The notes: generated by a model not told the origin, from the letters alone. Positions 1-10,567 are shown, numbered from the stretch's first letter. The stretch: 63,884 nt of DNA from a virus (IMGVR_UViG_3300036985_002667:1-63884), one strand, 5' to 3'. Numbers and translations are program-made.

Positions 1-160
1 CAACCCGCAACAAGAAAAAGCCTTCGTTTCGCCTTATGCAGAAGGCGGCACCGTCGAAGACCTGATGAAGATTTTGAGAGGATAGCCCGTGGTTGATTAT
101 GAAGATCAAGGAGTAGATGTAAACATCTTACCGCCTGATACCCCAAACATTGACTGGGAC
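1..160. repeat. Terminal direct repeat (circular assembly overlap), copy 1
   Basis: Identical to 63725-63884 except T34 vs G63758; reading frames continue across the junction. Confidence 0.97.
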
Positions 161-910
161 AGTATTAACTTACCAACGGACACCAGTTACGGCTCCCTTC
201 AAAACTGGGGCTACGATGCTCCCGCCGGAATGTTTGCAAACTTGTTCTCTGGGAACTACGGCCAAGCGGCGCAGCAAGCTCTCAGCGGCATCGGCGGATT
301 GTCGTCAAGCGCGCTTAAAACCTTGCTGTACGACAAGAACGATAAGCTCGACATGCAGAAACTCGCCACTATCGGTGGCGGGTTGGCAGGCTTGCTCGGT
401 GCAGGCAAAGGCCAGACAGAGAAGGTAGGCTACCAAGGCCAGATTCCCGTGCTCTCCGCGGTACGTGAACGTGTGCCGCAGGCTGCCTCATCGCAGCGCC
501 CCGGTGCGGGCGGTAAACGGTATTTCTCCGACACGCAGTATGTAGCCCCGGACCAAGCTGCCGCAGCTAAAGCCGCTGCCGCTCAGCAAGCCGCTGGGCT
601 GGCTCAGCTCAATGCAGCACGCCCGACACCGGCCTACGCTGAAGGCGGTATTGCTCAGGGGTATTATTTGGGCGGCGATACGGATGGTATGGCAGATGAG
701 ATTCCGGCGAACATCGACGGTAAACAACCCGCTAAACTCAGCGACGGGGAGTTCGTGGTGCCTGCGGACGTAGTAAGTCATCTTGGCAACGGGAATTCTG
801 AAGCTGGTGCGCAACGGCTGTATGAAATGATGGACCGTATCCGCAAGGCGCGCACTGGCACGACCAAGCAAGGTCGCCAGATTAACCCCAATAAACTTCT
901 TCCTAAGTGA
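89..910 (+). CDS. Virion/internal protein with C-terminal YAEGG...DEIPA..LSDGEFV domain
   Basis: GTG start after GAGG SD; C-terminal motif resembles the AxGG...GEFV region at the C-terminus of many tape-measure proteins. Confidence 0.7.
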   Translation: MVDYEDQGVDVNILPPDTPNIDWDSINLPTDTSYGSLQNWGYDAPAGMFANLFSGNYGQAAQQALSGIGGLSSSALKTLLYDKNDKLDMQKLATIGGGLAGLLGAGKGQTEKVGYQGQIPVLSAVRERVPQAASSQRPGAGGKRYFSDTQYVAPDQAAAAKAAAAQQAAGLAQLNAARPTPAYAEGGIAQGYYLGGDTDGMADEIPANIDGKQPAKLSDGEFVVPADVVSHLGNGNSEAGAQRLYEMMDRIRKARTGTTKQGRQINPNKLLPK

Positions 911-917
911 GCTAATT

Positions 918-1931
918 ATGGCTACTCCTTCTACTGCTGGGCTTACATCTACAGGCACAACGGGCTCGCAACCACTCGTTGGCATGGAATCGTCCCTGTC
1001 TAACTGGGTTGGCCCTTATGTAACCAACATGCTTGGCAAAGGCCAAGCGCTGGCGAGCACGCCCTATCAAGCCTACCAAGGCCCGCTGACTGCTGGCCCC
1101 AGCGCGTTGCAAAACCAAGCGTTTCAAGGGCTGGCGGGGCTGACTATGCCCGCAGGCATTGGCGCAGCGGAACAGCGCAGTGCGCAGCTTGGCCAGCAGA
1201 TGGGCGCGATGAACTACGCGCCGACAACGTTCTCCGCTGACCAGTTCACACCCGCAGCGGCGCAGCAGTACATGAACCCGTACTTGCAGGCATCGCTTAA
1301 CCCCCAGATTGCGGAAGCGCAGCGTCAGGCTGAGATTCAGCGTGTGCAGCAGGCGGGGCGCATGACACAGGCGGGTGCGTTTGGCGGTAGCCGGCAGGCC
1401 ATTATGGAGTCGGAAGGTGCACGCAACCTTCAGCAGAATCTGGCCAACATTACCGGCCAAGGTTACAACCAAGCGTACCAGCAGGCCGCTGGCCAGTTCC
1501 AAGCTGACCAGCAACGCAAGGCCGCTGCTCAAGCCGCTAGTGAACAGAGCAAACAGTTTGGTGCAGGCTATGGCCTGCAAGGTTTGCAAGGCGCACTCGG
1601 TGCTGCCCAACAACAAGCGGGGCTGGCGGGCATGGGCCAGCAGTACGGGCTGGGTAATCTGCAAGCGCAGCTGGCAGCAGGCCAGATGCAGAGGGGCATT
1701 ACAGGCGAAGGCATTGGGGCCGAGAAAGCGCAGTTCGAAGAAGAACGCGACTACCCGTACAAGCAGGTGCAGTACCAGCAGTCTCTGCTGCAAGGGCTGC
1801 CGCTCGCTGCGCAAAGCAATACCTACCAACAGCCGTCGCTGATACAAGAAATCTCCGGTGGGGCGTCAGGTATTCGTGATCTGTATAACACGCTGTTTGG
1901 TGATCCAAACGCTAAAACCCCGGCTAAATAA
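918..1931 (+). CDS. Putative DNA ejection/transfer protein (Gln/Ala/Gly-rich)
   Basis: YMNPY...AGAFGGSR motif and composition typical of podovirus ejection proteins; position in late arm. Confidence 0.65.
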   Translation: MATPSTAGLTSTGTTGSQPLVGMESSLSNWVGPYVTNMLGKGQALASTPYQAYQGPLTAGPSALQNQAFQGLAGLTMPAGIGAAEQRSAQLGQQMGAMNYAPTTFSADQFTPAAAQQYMNPYLQASLNPQIAEAQRQAEIQRVQQAGRMTQAGAFGGSRQAIMESEGARNLQQNLANITGQGYNQAYQQAAGQFQADQQRKAAAQAASEQSKQFGAGYGLQGLQGALGAAQQQAGLAGMGQQYGLGNLQAQLAAGQMQRGITGEGIGAEKAQFEEERDYPYKQVQYQQSLLQGLPLAAQSNTYQQPSLIQEISGGASGIRDLYNTLFGDPNAKTPAK

Positions 1932-1940
1932 GGACTGCTC

Positions 1941-3764
1941 ATGAATAACGGAATCGAAGGCGATGTTCAGTCCCGGATGGATGCGTTCCGGGGTAATCCA
2001 CAAGCACTGGCCCAACGCTACGCGCAAGATCAGCAGCTGATTGATTTGCTCGCGTTGCAGAAGCTCAAGTCGGAGAAAGATGCCGCTGCTCGCCAGATGC
2101 AGATGCAAGCTGGCCAAGGTCAGATGCCCACTATCGCGCAACAGCGCGAACAAGAACTGATGGGCATGGCCAAGCAAGAAGTCGCTCAGCGTGTGGGTGC
2201 GGTGGGCCAGCAGCAAGCCCAGCAGCAACAGAAGAACCTCCAGCAAGCCATGCAAGGCGGCATCGCCCAAGCCCCGGCTCCGAACATGATGCCTCCGCAA
2301 GCGATGGCCTCGGGTGGGATTGTGGCGTTTGCTGATGGGGGAGAAACCGCGTTTACTCGCGGGTTGAAATCGGCATTTAGTATTTCTCCTCCGTCTGAAG
2401 AAGAAGCCGCACGTCGCAAACGCCGAGAAGCACTTGCTGAAATCGAATCTGAATACGAAAGCGGACCGTTGCAGGGGGCGCTCACACTGCCTTCTGGTGA
2501 ATACGACCGCCGCACTGCTGTGCGGGACTACATTCGAAAAAACCGCAGCGAGCTGATTAGCAACCCGCAGATGTTCTCCGCATTTAAAGCTAACCCAGAC
2601 GCATTTATTTCTGGCGGTATGCGTACTGCGGCAGGCCAAATTACGCCTGCGCAAGCGGCACCAGTGCCTGCGCAAGCGCAGGCACAAGCGCAAGGCATCG
2701 CTCAAGCTGCACCATCACCGGCATTTGCCCGGCAAGATCAAAGTTACGCTTCAAAAGAAGCGAGAGGTATTGCGCCACCGGCAGCACTGCCCACAGGTGA
2801 TTTCCAAGGCGATCCGCAGCAAATTTCAGCGGAGCTGGCAACAATTTCTGACCCTGCTGAACGCGCCGCCGCTACCGCAGCTTTTCAACGGCAAATGGCC
2901 GCTGGGAATCTGGCTCCGCAAGGCCAAGGCGCACCACAAGCGCAAGGCCAAACCGCCCAACAACCCGCGCAGCCTAGCGGCCTGCAAGCAGAACAAGAAG
3001 CCTATCTGGCTAGAGGACTGAAGTCAGACCCTGAAGCTGCCGCTGCCGCTGAGAGAGCCGCATACGCTAAGCTGGTTGACCCGCTGTATCAACAGCAGCG
3101 CGAACTCTCCCAGCAAGGCATTGCTCAGCTTCAGCAGCGCATGGCGCAGCAGCCCAAGAAAGACCCGATCTCAGAGTTCCTGCGCGGGATGTCTACCCAA
3201 CGTACGCTGGGCATGGCGCTGGGTGCTGGTGGTGCCGGTATAACGGCCGCGCAGCGTGCCAACTTCGAACAGCAAGCTGAGCTTGAAGATCAGCTTCAGA
3301 AGCTGCGCGAGACCGGGCTAGGTGCACAAATCACGCAAGAAAAAGAGAAGTACGGCGCGGGGGATAAGCGACGTACGGAAGCGCTAGGTTTAGGCAAGGA
3401 TGCGGCAACGATTGCTGGGCCATACTTGTCTAGAGAAGCGCAAGTTGCAGCATCTATTGAAATTGCAAAACGCGATGCGGTTATTCGAGAGCACAACCGT
3501 GAACTGGGGCTGGATGCAAAAATATCCAACATGCTTTTGCAACGGGTCAAAGAGGCCAATACCGTAATTGCTAATAATAAGAAGTATCAGTTTGCCCACA
3601 CGGATGCTAAGCAAGCAGCGGATATGAAAGCGGAAATGCTCGAGAGCGAGCGCAAGATTTACGCTGAATTTGGTAAAACGCCGCCTAGCGTAGCTGCCCC
3701 CGCCGCTGGCCCCGCCATCCCGCCCCCGCCCGAGCACGCCGTCCGGCTAAAAGGAGCTAAGTAA
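1941..3764 (+). CDS. Putative internal virion/ejection protein
   Basis: 607 aa helical Q/A-rich ORF with AAGGA SD; MASGG/FADGG motifs; stop overlaps next start. Confidence 0.6.
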   Translation: MNNGIEGDVQSRMDAFRGNPQALAQRYAQDQQLIDLLALQKLKSEKDAAARQMQMQAGQGQMPTIAQQREQELMGMAKQEVAQRVGAVGQQQAQQQQKNLQQAMQGGIAQAPAPNMMPPQAMASGGIVAFADGGETAFTRGLKSAFSISPPSEEEAARRKRREALAEIESEYESGPLQGALTLPSGEYDRRTAVRDYIRKNRSELISNPQMFSAFKANPDAFISGGMRTAAGQITPAQAAPVPAQAQAQAQGIAQAAPSPAFARQDQSYASKEARGIAPPAALPTGDFQGDPQQISAELATISDPAERAAATAAFQRQMAAGNLAPQGQGAPQAQGQTAQQPAQPSGLQAEQEAYLARGLKSDPEAAAAAERAAYAKLVDPLYQQQRELSQQGIAQLQQRMAQQPKKDPISEFLRGMSTQRTLGMALGAGGAGITAAQRANFEQQAELEDQLQKLRETGLGAQITQEKEKYGAGDKRRTEALGLGKDAATIAGPYLSREAQVAASIEIAKRDAVIREHNRELGLDAKISNMLLQRVKEANTVIANNKKYQFAHTDAKQAADMKAEMLESERKIYAEFGKTPPSVAAPAAGPAIPPPPEHAVRLKGAK

Positions 3765-6700
3765 TGCCTACATACGACGTGACTGTTGAGGGGTCTGATT
3801 ATGAAGTAGATGCCCCGGATGAAAACACGGCGTGGCAATGGGCGTACATGACGCACCAGCAAAGGCCGGCCCCTTCCAAAGCGCGAACAATGGGCGAAGC
3901 AGTAACCGACATTGGTGCGCAATTTAAGGGGGGTATCGGAAAGCTAGCGCAGTTCCCCGGCCAGCTCTATGGGTTGGCTACGGGCGACTTTTCTGACACG
4001 GGCTTGTATGGCTACGGCAAGGAGATGGAAGCCAATGCGGAAGCGGCAAAATCTGCCGGTCTGAAAGCTCGGGAAGCTGCGCGGGCACAGGCTATTGCTG
4101 AAGCGGAAAAGACGGGCCAGTTGGCGGCGGCTAAGACTGCGATTGGAGAGACGATCACAGACCCGGCATTGCTGTTGGGTTTGTTGGCTGAGAATGTGCC
4201 AAGCATGATTGTGCCTGCTGGTGCCGCTGTTGGGGTTGGTCGTGCCGCGCTGCAAAAGGGTTTGGCTAAAGGTGTTGAAGCGGCTGCCGCAAGGGAAGCG
4301 GCTATTAAGGCCGGCACACGAGCGGCTGTTGGCACAGGCGCTGTACAGCAAGGTGCAGACGTAGGCACCGGCGCGTATGAGGAAGTTTACAAGCGGTTAG
4401 TGTCGCAGGGTATGCCTGAACCGGAAGCCGCAGCAGAAACTATCAACCGCGCTAGAGCCGCAGGACTAGCCGGTGGGGTTATCTCGCTCTTGGCGCAGCG
4501 ACTGCCCGGGGCAAAACGGTTGGAAGAAGTGCTCGCTGGCAAGACCACGGGAGCAGGGCTTGGGCGAGCCGTGTTGGGTGGTGCCGCAGGTGAAGCCTTT
4601 GGCGAAGTGCCAGAAGAAGTCGGCGGCAAGCTCGCACAGAACGTGGCACTACGTACGGTTGATCCAACACAGTCTCTGACCGCAGGGCTGGGCGAGACGG
4701 CGGGTATGGCTGCCTTGGCTGGTGCGGGGCTGGGCGGTCTGGGCGGTGGGGTTAGCGCCATGCGCGGCACGCCTGAAGCTGCGGGCACCGCAGACGCAGC
4801 ACGCCAAGAGGCACAGCAACGCATACTGGAAGCGCGGGAGCGTGAGCGCGTTAAGGCCGAAGGGGAGACACCCATCGGTGCGATGGGTCCGTATATGCAG
4901 GAGCAATACGGGCAGCTGGAGCAGGAGAAGCAACAGTTGTTGCAAGGCCCGCAGGCCCCCAACGTCAAAGAGCGTATTGCCGAGATCACCAAGCAGCAGA
5001 AGCAGATGACTATCGCGGCGATTACGCGAGGTCGAGAAGAGAAAGCCCAGCAAGAGAGCGAAGCCAAGAAGGCTGCTGCAAGTGCATTCTCACAACCCGA
5101 AGTGCGCGAGACGCCTGAAGGTCAGGGGGAGTTGTTCTCTCAATTCGAAGCGCCTCAAGCTCGGGTACAGCCTGAGCCTGAGCCTGCGGTTGTGCCGCCA
5201 CAAGCGGAAGTAACGACCCCGCCTGAACAGATGGAGCTTGGCCTGCCTGTGGCACGCGGCACAAGCTGGGCACAGAAAGAGCTTGATCTGCTCAAGGCGG
5301 GACCGAGAACGCCCGAGAGCCGGGCGCGGATGGAAGACCTCAAAGGTTTTTTGAAAGAGGAATCAGATCGAAGCAAAGCACTTGCCGCCAGAGGCTACAC
5401 AGCGCAGGGCCAAGGCCGGCTGTTTACGCCGACTGAGATGCGGGAGTCGGGACTTGAGCGAGGCAAGGAGCCGCTAGCCGCTGAGCCCAAGACCACAACA
5501 CCCAAGCAGATGGAACGTGCCGGGCAAGGGGCGTTCAAGTTTGAAGCACCCAAAGCCGAAGCACCCAAAGCCGAAGCACCCAAAGCCGAAGCGGGAACTA
5601 CAGGCATCGCGCAGATTGAACAAGGCGAGCTAACTCCGCTTGCGCCGGTAACTGAGCCTGTACCGGAACCTACGCTAGCACCCAAACGTGTTGTGCCGCC
5701 GGAACTTCAGCCGGTTATTGATTCACTCACCGCAGCGGGTGTAAGACCCGAGACGAAAACATGGGCTGAGAATGGGCGGAATCGTCCGTTCCTGCGTAAG
5801 CTTGTGAGCATGGCTGCGATGGCCCCAGAGGCCAGACAGGCTGCGCGCAAAGCGCTTAAGCTTGAAGAAGGCTCACATAAAGCGGAGGCATTCGATGCAC
5901 TATTCCCAGCACCCCGAGTTCCTGCATTTGAACCTGCCGCCGGAGCAGGTAAGCCTAGCGTGGGCATACCTAGCAAGCCTAGACCTGTCGCGCCCGCCGA
6001 GCCCACTGCCACCGGAGCTGGAGAAACTGTCCGACGCGGAGTGGTACCTGTTAGAAGAACTCCTCCAACACCAGCTGCGCCTGAAGTCGCTGCAAAGCCT
6101 GCACTAGAAAAACCCACGCCCAAGAAGACCTCGCTCAAAGAAGCCGAGGCCGCATGGGAAGATAACAACGTCGAAGGTGCCGGCACTCGCATGGCCTTCA
6201 AAGACTTGTCTTCCGAGCGCAAGAAGATTTGGAAAGACTCGGTTGAAGACGGCACGGCTACGATTGAGGAGTACGAACGCCTTGCGAAAGACCAAGCGGA
6301 TATAGTCAAAGCCGAGAAGCGGAAAGCTGCTGCCACTGAGGAAGCTAAGCGCGCCACTGAGGAAGCGGAAGCTGCCGAGAAAAAAGCGCAACTGGCCGCA
6401 CAAATCCGCGAGCGCGAGCAAGCCAAACGCGATAAGGCCGAAGCTAAGCGCAAGGAAGAAGAGCGGGTCAAAGCCGAACGGGAAGCTGAGGCTAAGGCTA
6501 AAGCCGAGGCTGCCGCAGCGCGGGAGCGGGCAAAGCGGGAAGCCATTAAACCTGATGTGCTGTGGAACGAATTTAACGACGACCCGAACAAGGGGCGGTT
6601 CTTGCCGTTCAAAAAGCTTCTCAAACGCGGCCAACGTGAATGGGAAACCGCAGTTGCAAACGGCACGGCGGATATAGATACCTACCGGCAAATTGCCGGG

Positions 6701-9700
6701 GCACAGCTTAAGGCGGACTCTGATCGAGAAGCAGCTAAGTTAAACGCTATCTTGGAATCCAGCGTTGCTACGGCTAAACGGCGTATGGCAGAAGCAGAGG
6801 AAGCTGCGCCGAAGGCAGTGTTTGGCGAAAGCGACAAACATCCTGAGTGGGCTACAAAGCACGAAAGTTCTGTCGGCGGTCGGATTGTGTATTCCGACGA
6901 GGAAGGCGCTTTGCTTCGCGGGTTTAGCGTGTTGACTGGGCAGTATGTATACACGCCTGTTGAACCGGATGGCCGTTACCGGCTCGACGTAGATTCCAAA
7001 CTGCTCAACGAAAAGATTCCGGCTGAACGACTGGCAAAACTGCGCGGGGCTAAAGCCAGACTGGTTAAGGAAGAAGCTGCCAAGCTGGCTAAATACCCGG
7101 ACGGGCCGTTTACCGGTGCGAAGGGCAATGTTGTCGCCAGCGATGGAGTCGATGCGCGGTATGCGGGCTACCTTACCAACCTCATGCAGGACCTTGGGCT
7201 GGGCAACATCCGTGTGTTTTTGCTGCACCCGGAAGATGTGCGAGCCAAAGACGGGATTGAAAAATACCGACTCTATGCGGACTGGGCGGCAGCGCAATCT
7301 GCGGGGCTAGATTCCGGGGAAAACGGGTCCATCCGAGTTTATGGGACGGATAGAAAATCGTTCTATATTGCGTTGCAATCGGGAATGTCTGAGCAACGTA
7401 CGATTGAGACGCTGTCTCACGAGCTTGGGCACTTGATCCAACGCGTTTCGTACGACACAGCCCCCACAAACGTACAAAAGGAAGTCAGAGCCGAGTACGA
7501 GCAGTGGCTGGTGCAGACCAAAGGCAAGACTGCCCGCGAGCTGATTCAATCGCTGCGTAACCGAGAGACTGCTGCGGCACATGCGGAGTCTGTATCTGAA
7601 GGCCGAATGGCTACTGATTTGTCTAGCTACTGGACTTCGTTTTCTGAATGGTTTGCAGACAACGTATCTAAGTGGGCAACCACCGATGAGCGTCCCGTAT
7701 CCGTAGTAGAGAAGTTCTTCAAGTCTGTAGCCGACAAGCTGCGTGCTTTAGTTTCGGCTGTTACCGGGCGTGATTTTGCTCCTGCCAAAACCGTTGCCTC
7801 GTTCCTCGACAAGATGGGACCGGCAAACCCGGTCATGTGGGCCGGCACCACAGACACCAAGGCGCAGCAGTCTCGCGCACCCAGCCCCACCGAGGGACTG
7901 GCCGAGCAAAGTGAGCTGATGAAGGAAGCGCCGGGGGAGTTTAAGACGGCGATGAAAGACTTCACGCGGATATTTACCGAGAAGGATGACGTGTCGTATG
8001 TCACTCGGTTCCGCACGGAGACCACGGACGCCAGTGCCTCGGTGGTCAATCGCACAAACATTCTGTTTGATGGCGGGGTGCGTGATGAACTCACAGGAAT
8101 AAATAACCCCGAAGCCTTGATGCGGCAGGCAGGTGACACGGAAGCCTTGGCCAATCCGTTTTTCCAAACTGGCGGAATCGAGAAAGATGCCACCACAGAT
8201 GCGTGGGTTGTGACTGACAAGGCTGGGCCGGGCGGGTCAATTGCAGACATGCTGGCGGCCATCAAGAACTGGAGTGATGCCAAAGGCATGGACTTCAAGC
8301 TGGGCTATGCCGAGGCCAGCAAGCTGCTGGAAGCTCGACGCCTTGACGCCATGCGGCAGGAGAATGTGGAGCGCAAGAAGAAAAACCAAGAGCTGTTTCC
8401 CATTCACAAGCTGGTACAAAAAGACGACCGGTCTCCCGATGAGCAGATTGATGCCGCCCTGCGCGGGCTGAAGGCTAACCCGGAGATTCAAAAAGTTGCC
8501 GACATGATGGACCAGCAGCGCAGTTACATGATTGACCACATGGTTGCTGTGGGGCGAATCTCGAAAGAGACATCGCAGGAATGGAAAGACGCTGCGGGGT
8601 ATGTGCCGTTCGACCGAGTGGAAGATTTCTTCGATAAGTATGTGCCCCGGCGTACGTCCGGGCGCGGGATAACGCAGTTGGGCTCCCTGCCGAAGTATGT
8701 AGGTAGTACGCAGCGAGAAGTGGGCAACGTACTCAACAATCACGTCAAGCTGATGGGGTGGATGCTCAAGCAGACAATCAAGCACGACGCGGGATCGACC
8801 ATGCTTAATTTGCTGGCAGATATGGGCCAAGCCCGGCGCTTGCACGGCAATAAGCTAGCCGCAAACAACGCGGGTAACGTTGTAAAAAGCTACAAAAAAG
8901 GGCAGGAAGAATACTTTGAAGTGCGGTCGCACTGGGATGCAAAAGCGTTTTTGGCTGCCCCAGAGCCGAAGCTAGCGATCTTTAAGTTGTTCGCGCAGGT
9001 ATCCAACATCTTGCGCAAGATTGTGACGGTGATGCCGCCGTTTATTGCTAAACAGGTAACAGACGACATTCAACGCGGGTTTTTGACATCTGGCGTAAGG
9101 AGCCCATCACGGTTGATTATTCCGGCGATTACTAACTTCCTGCGGATTGCCGGGCATGAAGTGATATTCGGCAAGGACCATCCCTTTACTAAAGAGTTTG
9201 CCAAAAAGGGGTTGGTCGGGAACATCGACTACAACGCCAGCAACCCGGCAGAAACGATTCTGTTTAGCATGGGCTACTCCAAACGCGGTTGGCTCAGTGA
9301 GCTGCATCACCGGCTGGAGTCAATCACTCGGGCGTCGGACCTTGCCATGCGCAAGGCAATCTACGACCGAACGATGGTGGAAGAAAACAATAATGTGGCG
9401 CTTGCCACAGTTCGCGCTCGGGAGTTCATCAACTTCCGTCGCCGTGGTGCCAGCACGACTATCAATCTAGGCGTTGCCACAATTCCCTTCTTCAATGCCT
9501 ACTTGCAGGCAAACGATTTGTTGCTGCGCAGTATGGTCGGACGCGGATCAAGCACTACTGAGAAGGCGGTAGCCCGACGGTTGTTCTGGACACAGGCTGC
9601 CAAGATGACTGGCTTTGCGTTGATCTATTCTTTGGCAAATAGCGACGATGAAGAATACAAAAAACAGACCTTAGCGGACCGGTCTAACAACTGGATCATT

Positions 9701-10567
9701 GGCGGCAAGACATTGCCAGTGCCGGGGGATATGGCCGCGTTGTTCAAGGTGCCCGTGGAAGTGCTGGTGCAGTACATGGCACGCCAAGGCACCGAGAAAG
9801 AGCAGATGACCAGCGAAGCGGTGAAGCAGGTGCTGGGATATGCGTATGAGCAATATGTAGGTCGCGTGACGCCTATACCGCAAGCAATTCGCCCTGTGGT
9901 GGAAGCCTTGACGAACCATTCGTTTTTGACTAACCGCGATCTGGTCGGTACCTACCAACAAGGGATGCCGAAGCCGTTGCAGACTACGACTACGACTAGC
10001 GAGCTGGCCAAGGCGATTGCTACCTTTGCGTTTAACAACATCAAAGACCCAGTTACTGATACGCCGCTTCAGCTGTCGCCCGTCATCATTGATAACTACG
10101 CTCGCGGCTATCTTGGCGGAGTAGTGCCCTTGATGAATATGCTGATCGACCAGCTTTTGAATCCGAACAAGACGGACAGACCGCTGAGCAAGTATTGGTT
10201 CCTGAGCCAGTACCTCACACCGGAGGTGCCGACTGGGCCGAAAGAAGAGTTCTACGATCTGGTCAACAAGGTGATGCCGGTCAAGCGTGCGCTTGCCCAG
10301 CTGGAGAAGACGGACATGCCCGCCGCGATGGCGTATTACGAGAAAAACAAAGACAACTTGCTGATGGCTGAGCTGGTGAACAAAGCCTTGCAAGAAATCG
10401 AGCAGACTCGGGCATACATCAAGTATCTCGACAGCGCGGAAGGTGCCAAGGCAATTGAAAGCGGTGCTGAACGGCTTAAGATGAAGCAGGAAGTCGAGCG
10501 GTACGAGAACAAAAACTTGGAGTGGGTACGCAGCGCCAAGGCCCAGATTTTCGGGAAGAAGGAGTAA
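3764..10567 (+). CDS. Large polyvalent internal virion protein (zincin-like HELGH metallopeptidase; LPD38-like C-terminus)
   Basis: 2267 aa; TLSHELGH...SEWFAD; C-terminal P..P..E..TN..F...SP..IDN..RGYLG pattern; last gene of late arm. Confidence 0.7.
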   Translation: MPTYDVTVEGSDYEVDAPDENTAWQWAYMTHQQRPAPSKARTMGEAVTDIGAQFKGGIGKLAQFPGQLYGLATGDFSDTGLYGYGKEMEANAEAAKSAGLKAREAARAQAIAEAEKTGQLAAAKTAIGETITDPALLLGLLAENVPSMIVPAGAAVGVGRAALQKGLAKGVEAAAAREAAIKAGTRAAVGTGAVQQGADVGTGAYEEVYKRLVSQGMPEPEAAAETINRARAAGLAGGVISLLAQRLPGAKRLEEVLAGKTTGAGLGRAVLGGAAGEAFGEVPEEVGGKLAQNVALRTVDPTQSLTAGLGETAGMAALAGAGLGGLGGGVSAMRGTPEAAGTADAARQEAQQRILEARERERVKAEGETPIGAMGPYMQEQYGQLEQEKQQLLQGPQAPNVKERIAEITKQQKQMTIAAITRGREEKAQQESEAKKAAASAFSQPEVRETPEGQGELFSQFEAPQARVQPEPEPAVVPPQAEVTTPPEQMELGLPVARGTSWAQKELDLLKAGPRTPESRARMEDLKGFLKEESDRSKALAARGYTAQGQGRLFTPTEMRESGLERGKEPLAAEPKTTTPKQMERAGQGAFKFEAPKAEAPKAEAPKAEAGTTGIAQIEQGELTPLAPVTEPVPEPTLAPKRVVPPELQPVIDSLTAAGVRPETKTWAENGRNRPFLRKLVSMAAMAPEARQAARKALKLEEGSHKAEAFDALFPAPRVPAFEPAAGAGKPSVGIPSKPRPVAPAEPTATGAGETVRRGVVPVRRTPPTPAAPEVAAKPALEKPTPKKTSLKEAEAAWEDNNVEGAGTRMAFKDLSSERKKIWKDSVEDGTATIEEYERLAKDQADIVKAEKRKAAATEEAKRATEEAEAAEKKAQLAAQIREREQAKRDKAEAKRKEEERVKAEREAEAKAKAEAAAARERAKREAIKPDVLWNEFNDDPNKGRFLPFKKLLKRGQREWETAVANGTADIDTYRQIAGAQLKADSDREAAKLNAILESSVATAKRRMAEAEEAAPKAVFGESDKHPEWATKHESSVGGRIVYSDEEGALLRGFSVLTGQYVYTPVEPDGRYRLDVDSKLLNEKIPAERLAKLRGAKARLVKEEAAKLAKYPDGPFTGAKGNVVASDGVDARYAGYLTNLMQDLGLGNIRVFLLHPEDVRAKDGIEKYRLYADWAAAQSAGLDSGENGSIRVYGTDRKSFYIALQSGMSEQRTIETLSHELGHLIQRVSYDTAPTNVQKEVRAEYEQWLVQTKGKTARELIQSLRNRETAAAHAESVSEGRMATDLSSYWTSFSEWFADNVSKWATTDERPVSVVEKFFKSVADKLRALVSAVTGRDFAPAKTVASFLDKMGPANPVMWAGTTDTKAQQSRAPSPTEGLAEQSELMKEAPGEFKTAMKDFTRIFTEKDDVSYVTRFRTETTDASASVVNRTNILFDGGVRDELTGINNPEALMRQAGDTEALANPFFQTGGIEKDATTDAWVVTDKAGPGGSIADMLAAIKNWSDAKGMDFKLGYAEASKLLEARRLDAMRQENVERKKKNQELFPIHKLVQKDDRSPDEQIDAALRGLKANPEIQKVADMMDQQRSYMIDHMVAVGRISKETSQEWKDAAGYVPFDRVEDFFDKYVPRRTSGRGITQLGSLPKYVGSTQREVGNVLNNHVKLMGWMLKQTIKHDAGSTMLNLLADMGQARRLHGNKLAANNAGNVVKSYKKGQEEYFEVRSHWDAKAFLAAPEPKLAIFKLFAQVSNILRKIVTVMPPFIAKQVTDDIQRGFLTSGVRSPSRLIIPAITNFLRIAGHEVIFGKDHPFTKEFAKKGLVGNIDYNASNPAETILFSMGYSKRGWLSELHHRLESITRASDLAMRKAIYDRTMVEENNNVALATVRAREFINFRRRGASTTINLGVATIPFFNAYLQANDLLLRSMVGRGSSTTEKAVARRLFWTQAAKMTGFALIYSLANSDDEEYKKQTLADRSNNWIIGGKTLPVPGDMAALFKVPVEVLVQYMARQGTEKEQMTSEAVKQVLGYAYEQYVGRVTPIPQAIRPVVEALTNHSFLTNRDLVGTYQQGMPKPLQTTTTTSELAKAIATFAFNNIKDPVTDTPLQLSPVIIDNYARGYLGGVVPLMNMLIDQLLNPNKTDRPLSKYWFLSQYLTPEVPTGPKEEFYDLVNKVMPVKRALAQLEKTDMPAAMAYYEKNKDNLLMAELVNKALQEIEQTRAYIKYLDSAEGAKAIESGAERLKMKQEVERYENKNLEWVRSAKAQIFGKKE
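5543..5592 (+). repeat. 15-bp tandem repeat x3 (EAPKA)
   Basis: gaagcacccaaagcc repeated three times in frame. Confidence 0.9.

Noticed and set aside
912-10393. Long antisense and alternative-frame ORFs over late genes (also over polA, portal and fibres)
   Set aside because: Shadow ORFs from GC-rich codon bias; no SD or motifs.
3764-10567. N4-like virion RNA polymerase using hairpin promoters
   Set aside because: No recognisable T7/N4 RNAP motifs in the giant protein, palindrome loops are not GNA type, and early genes have consensus sigma70 promoters.
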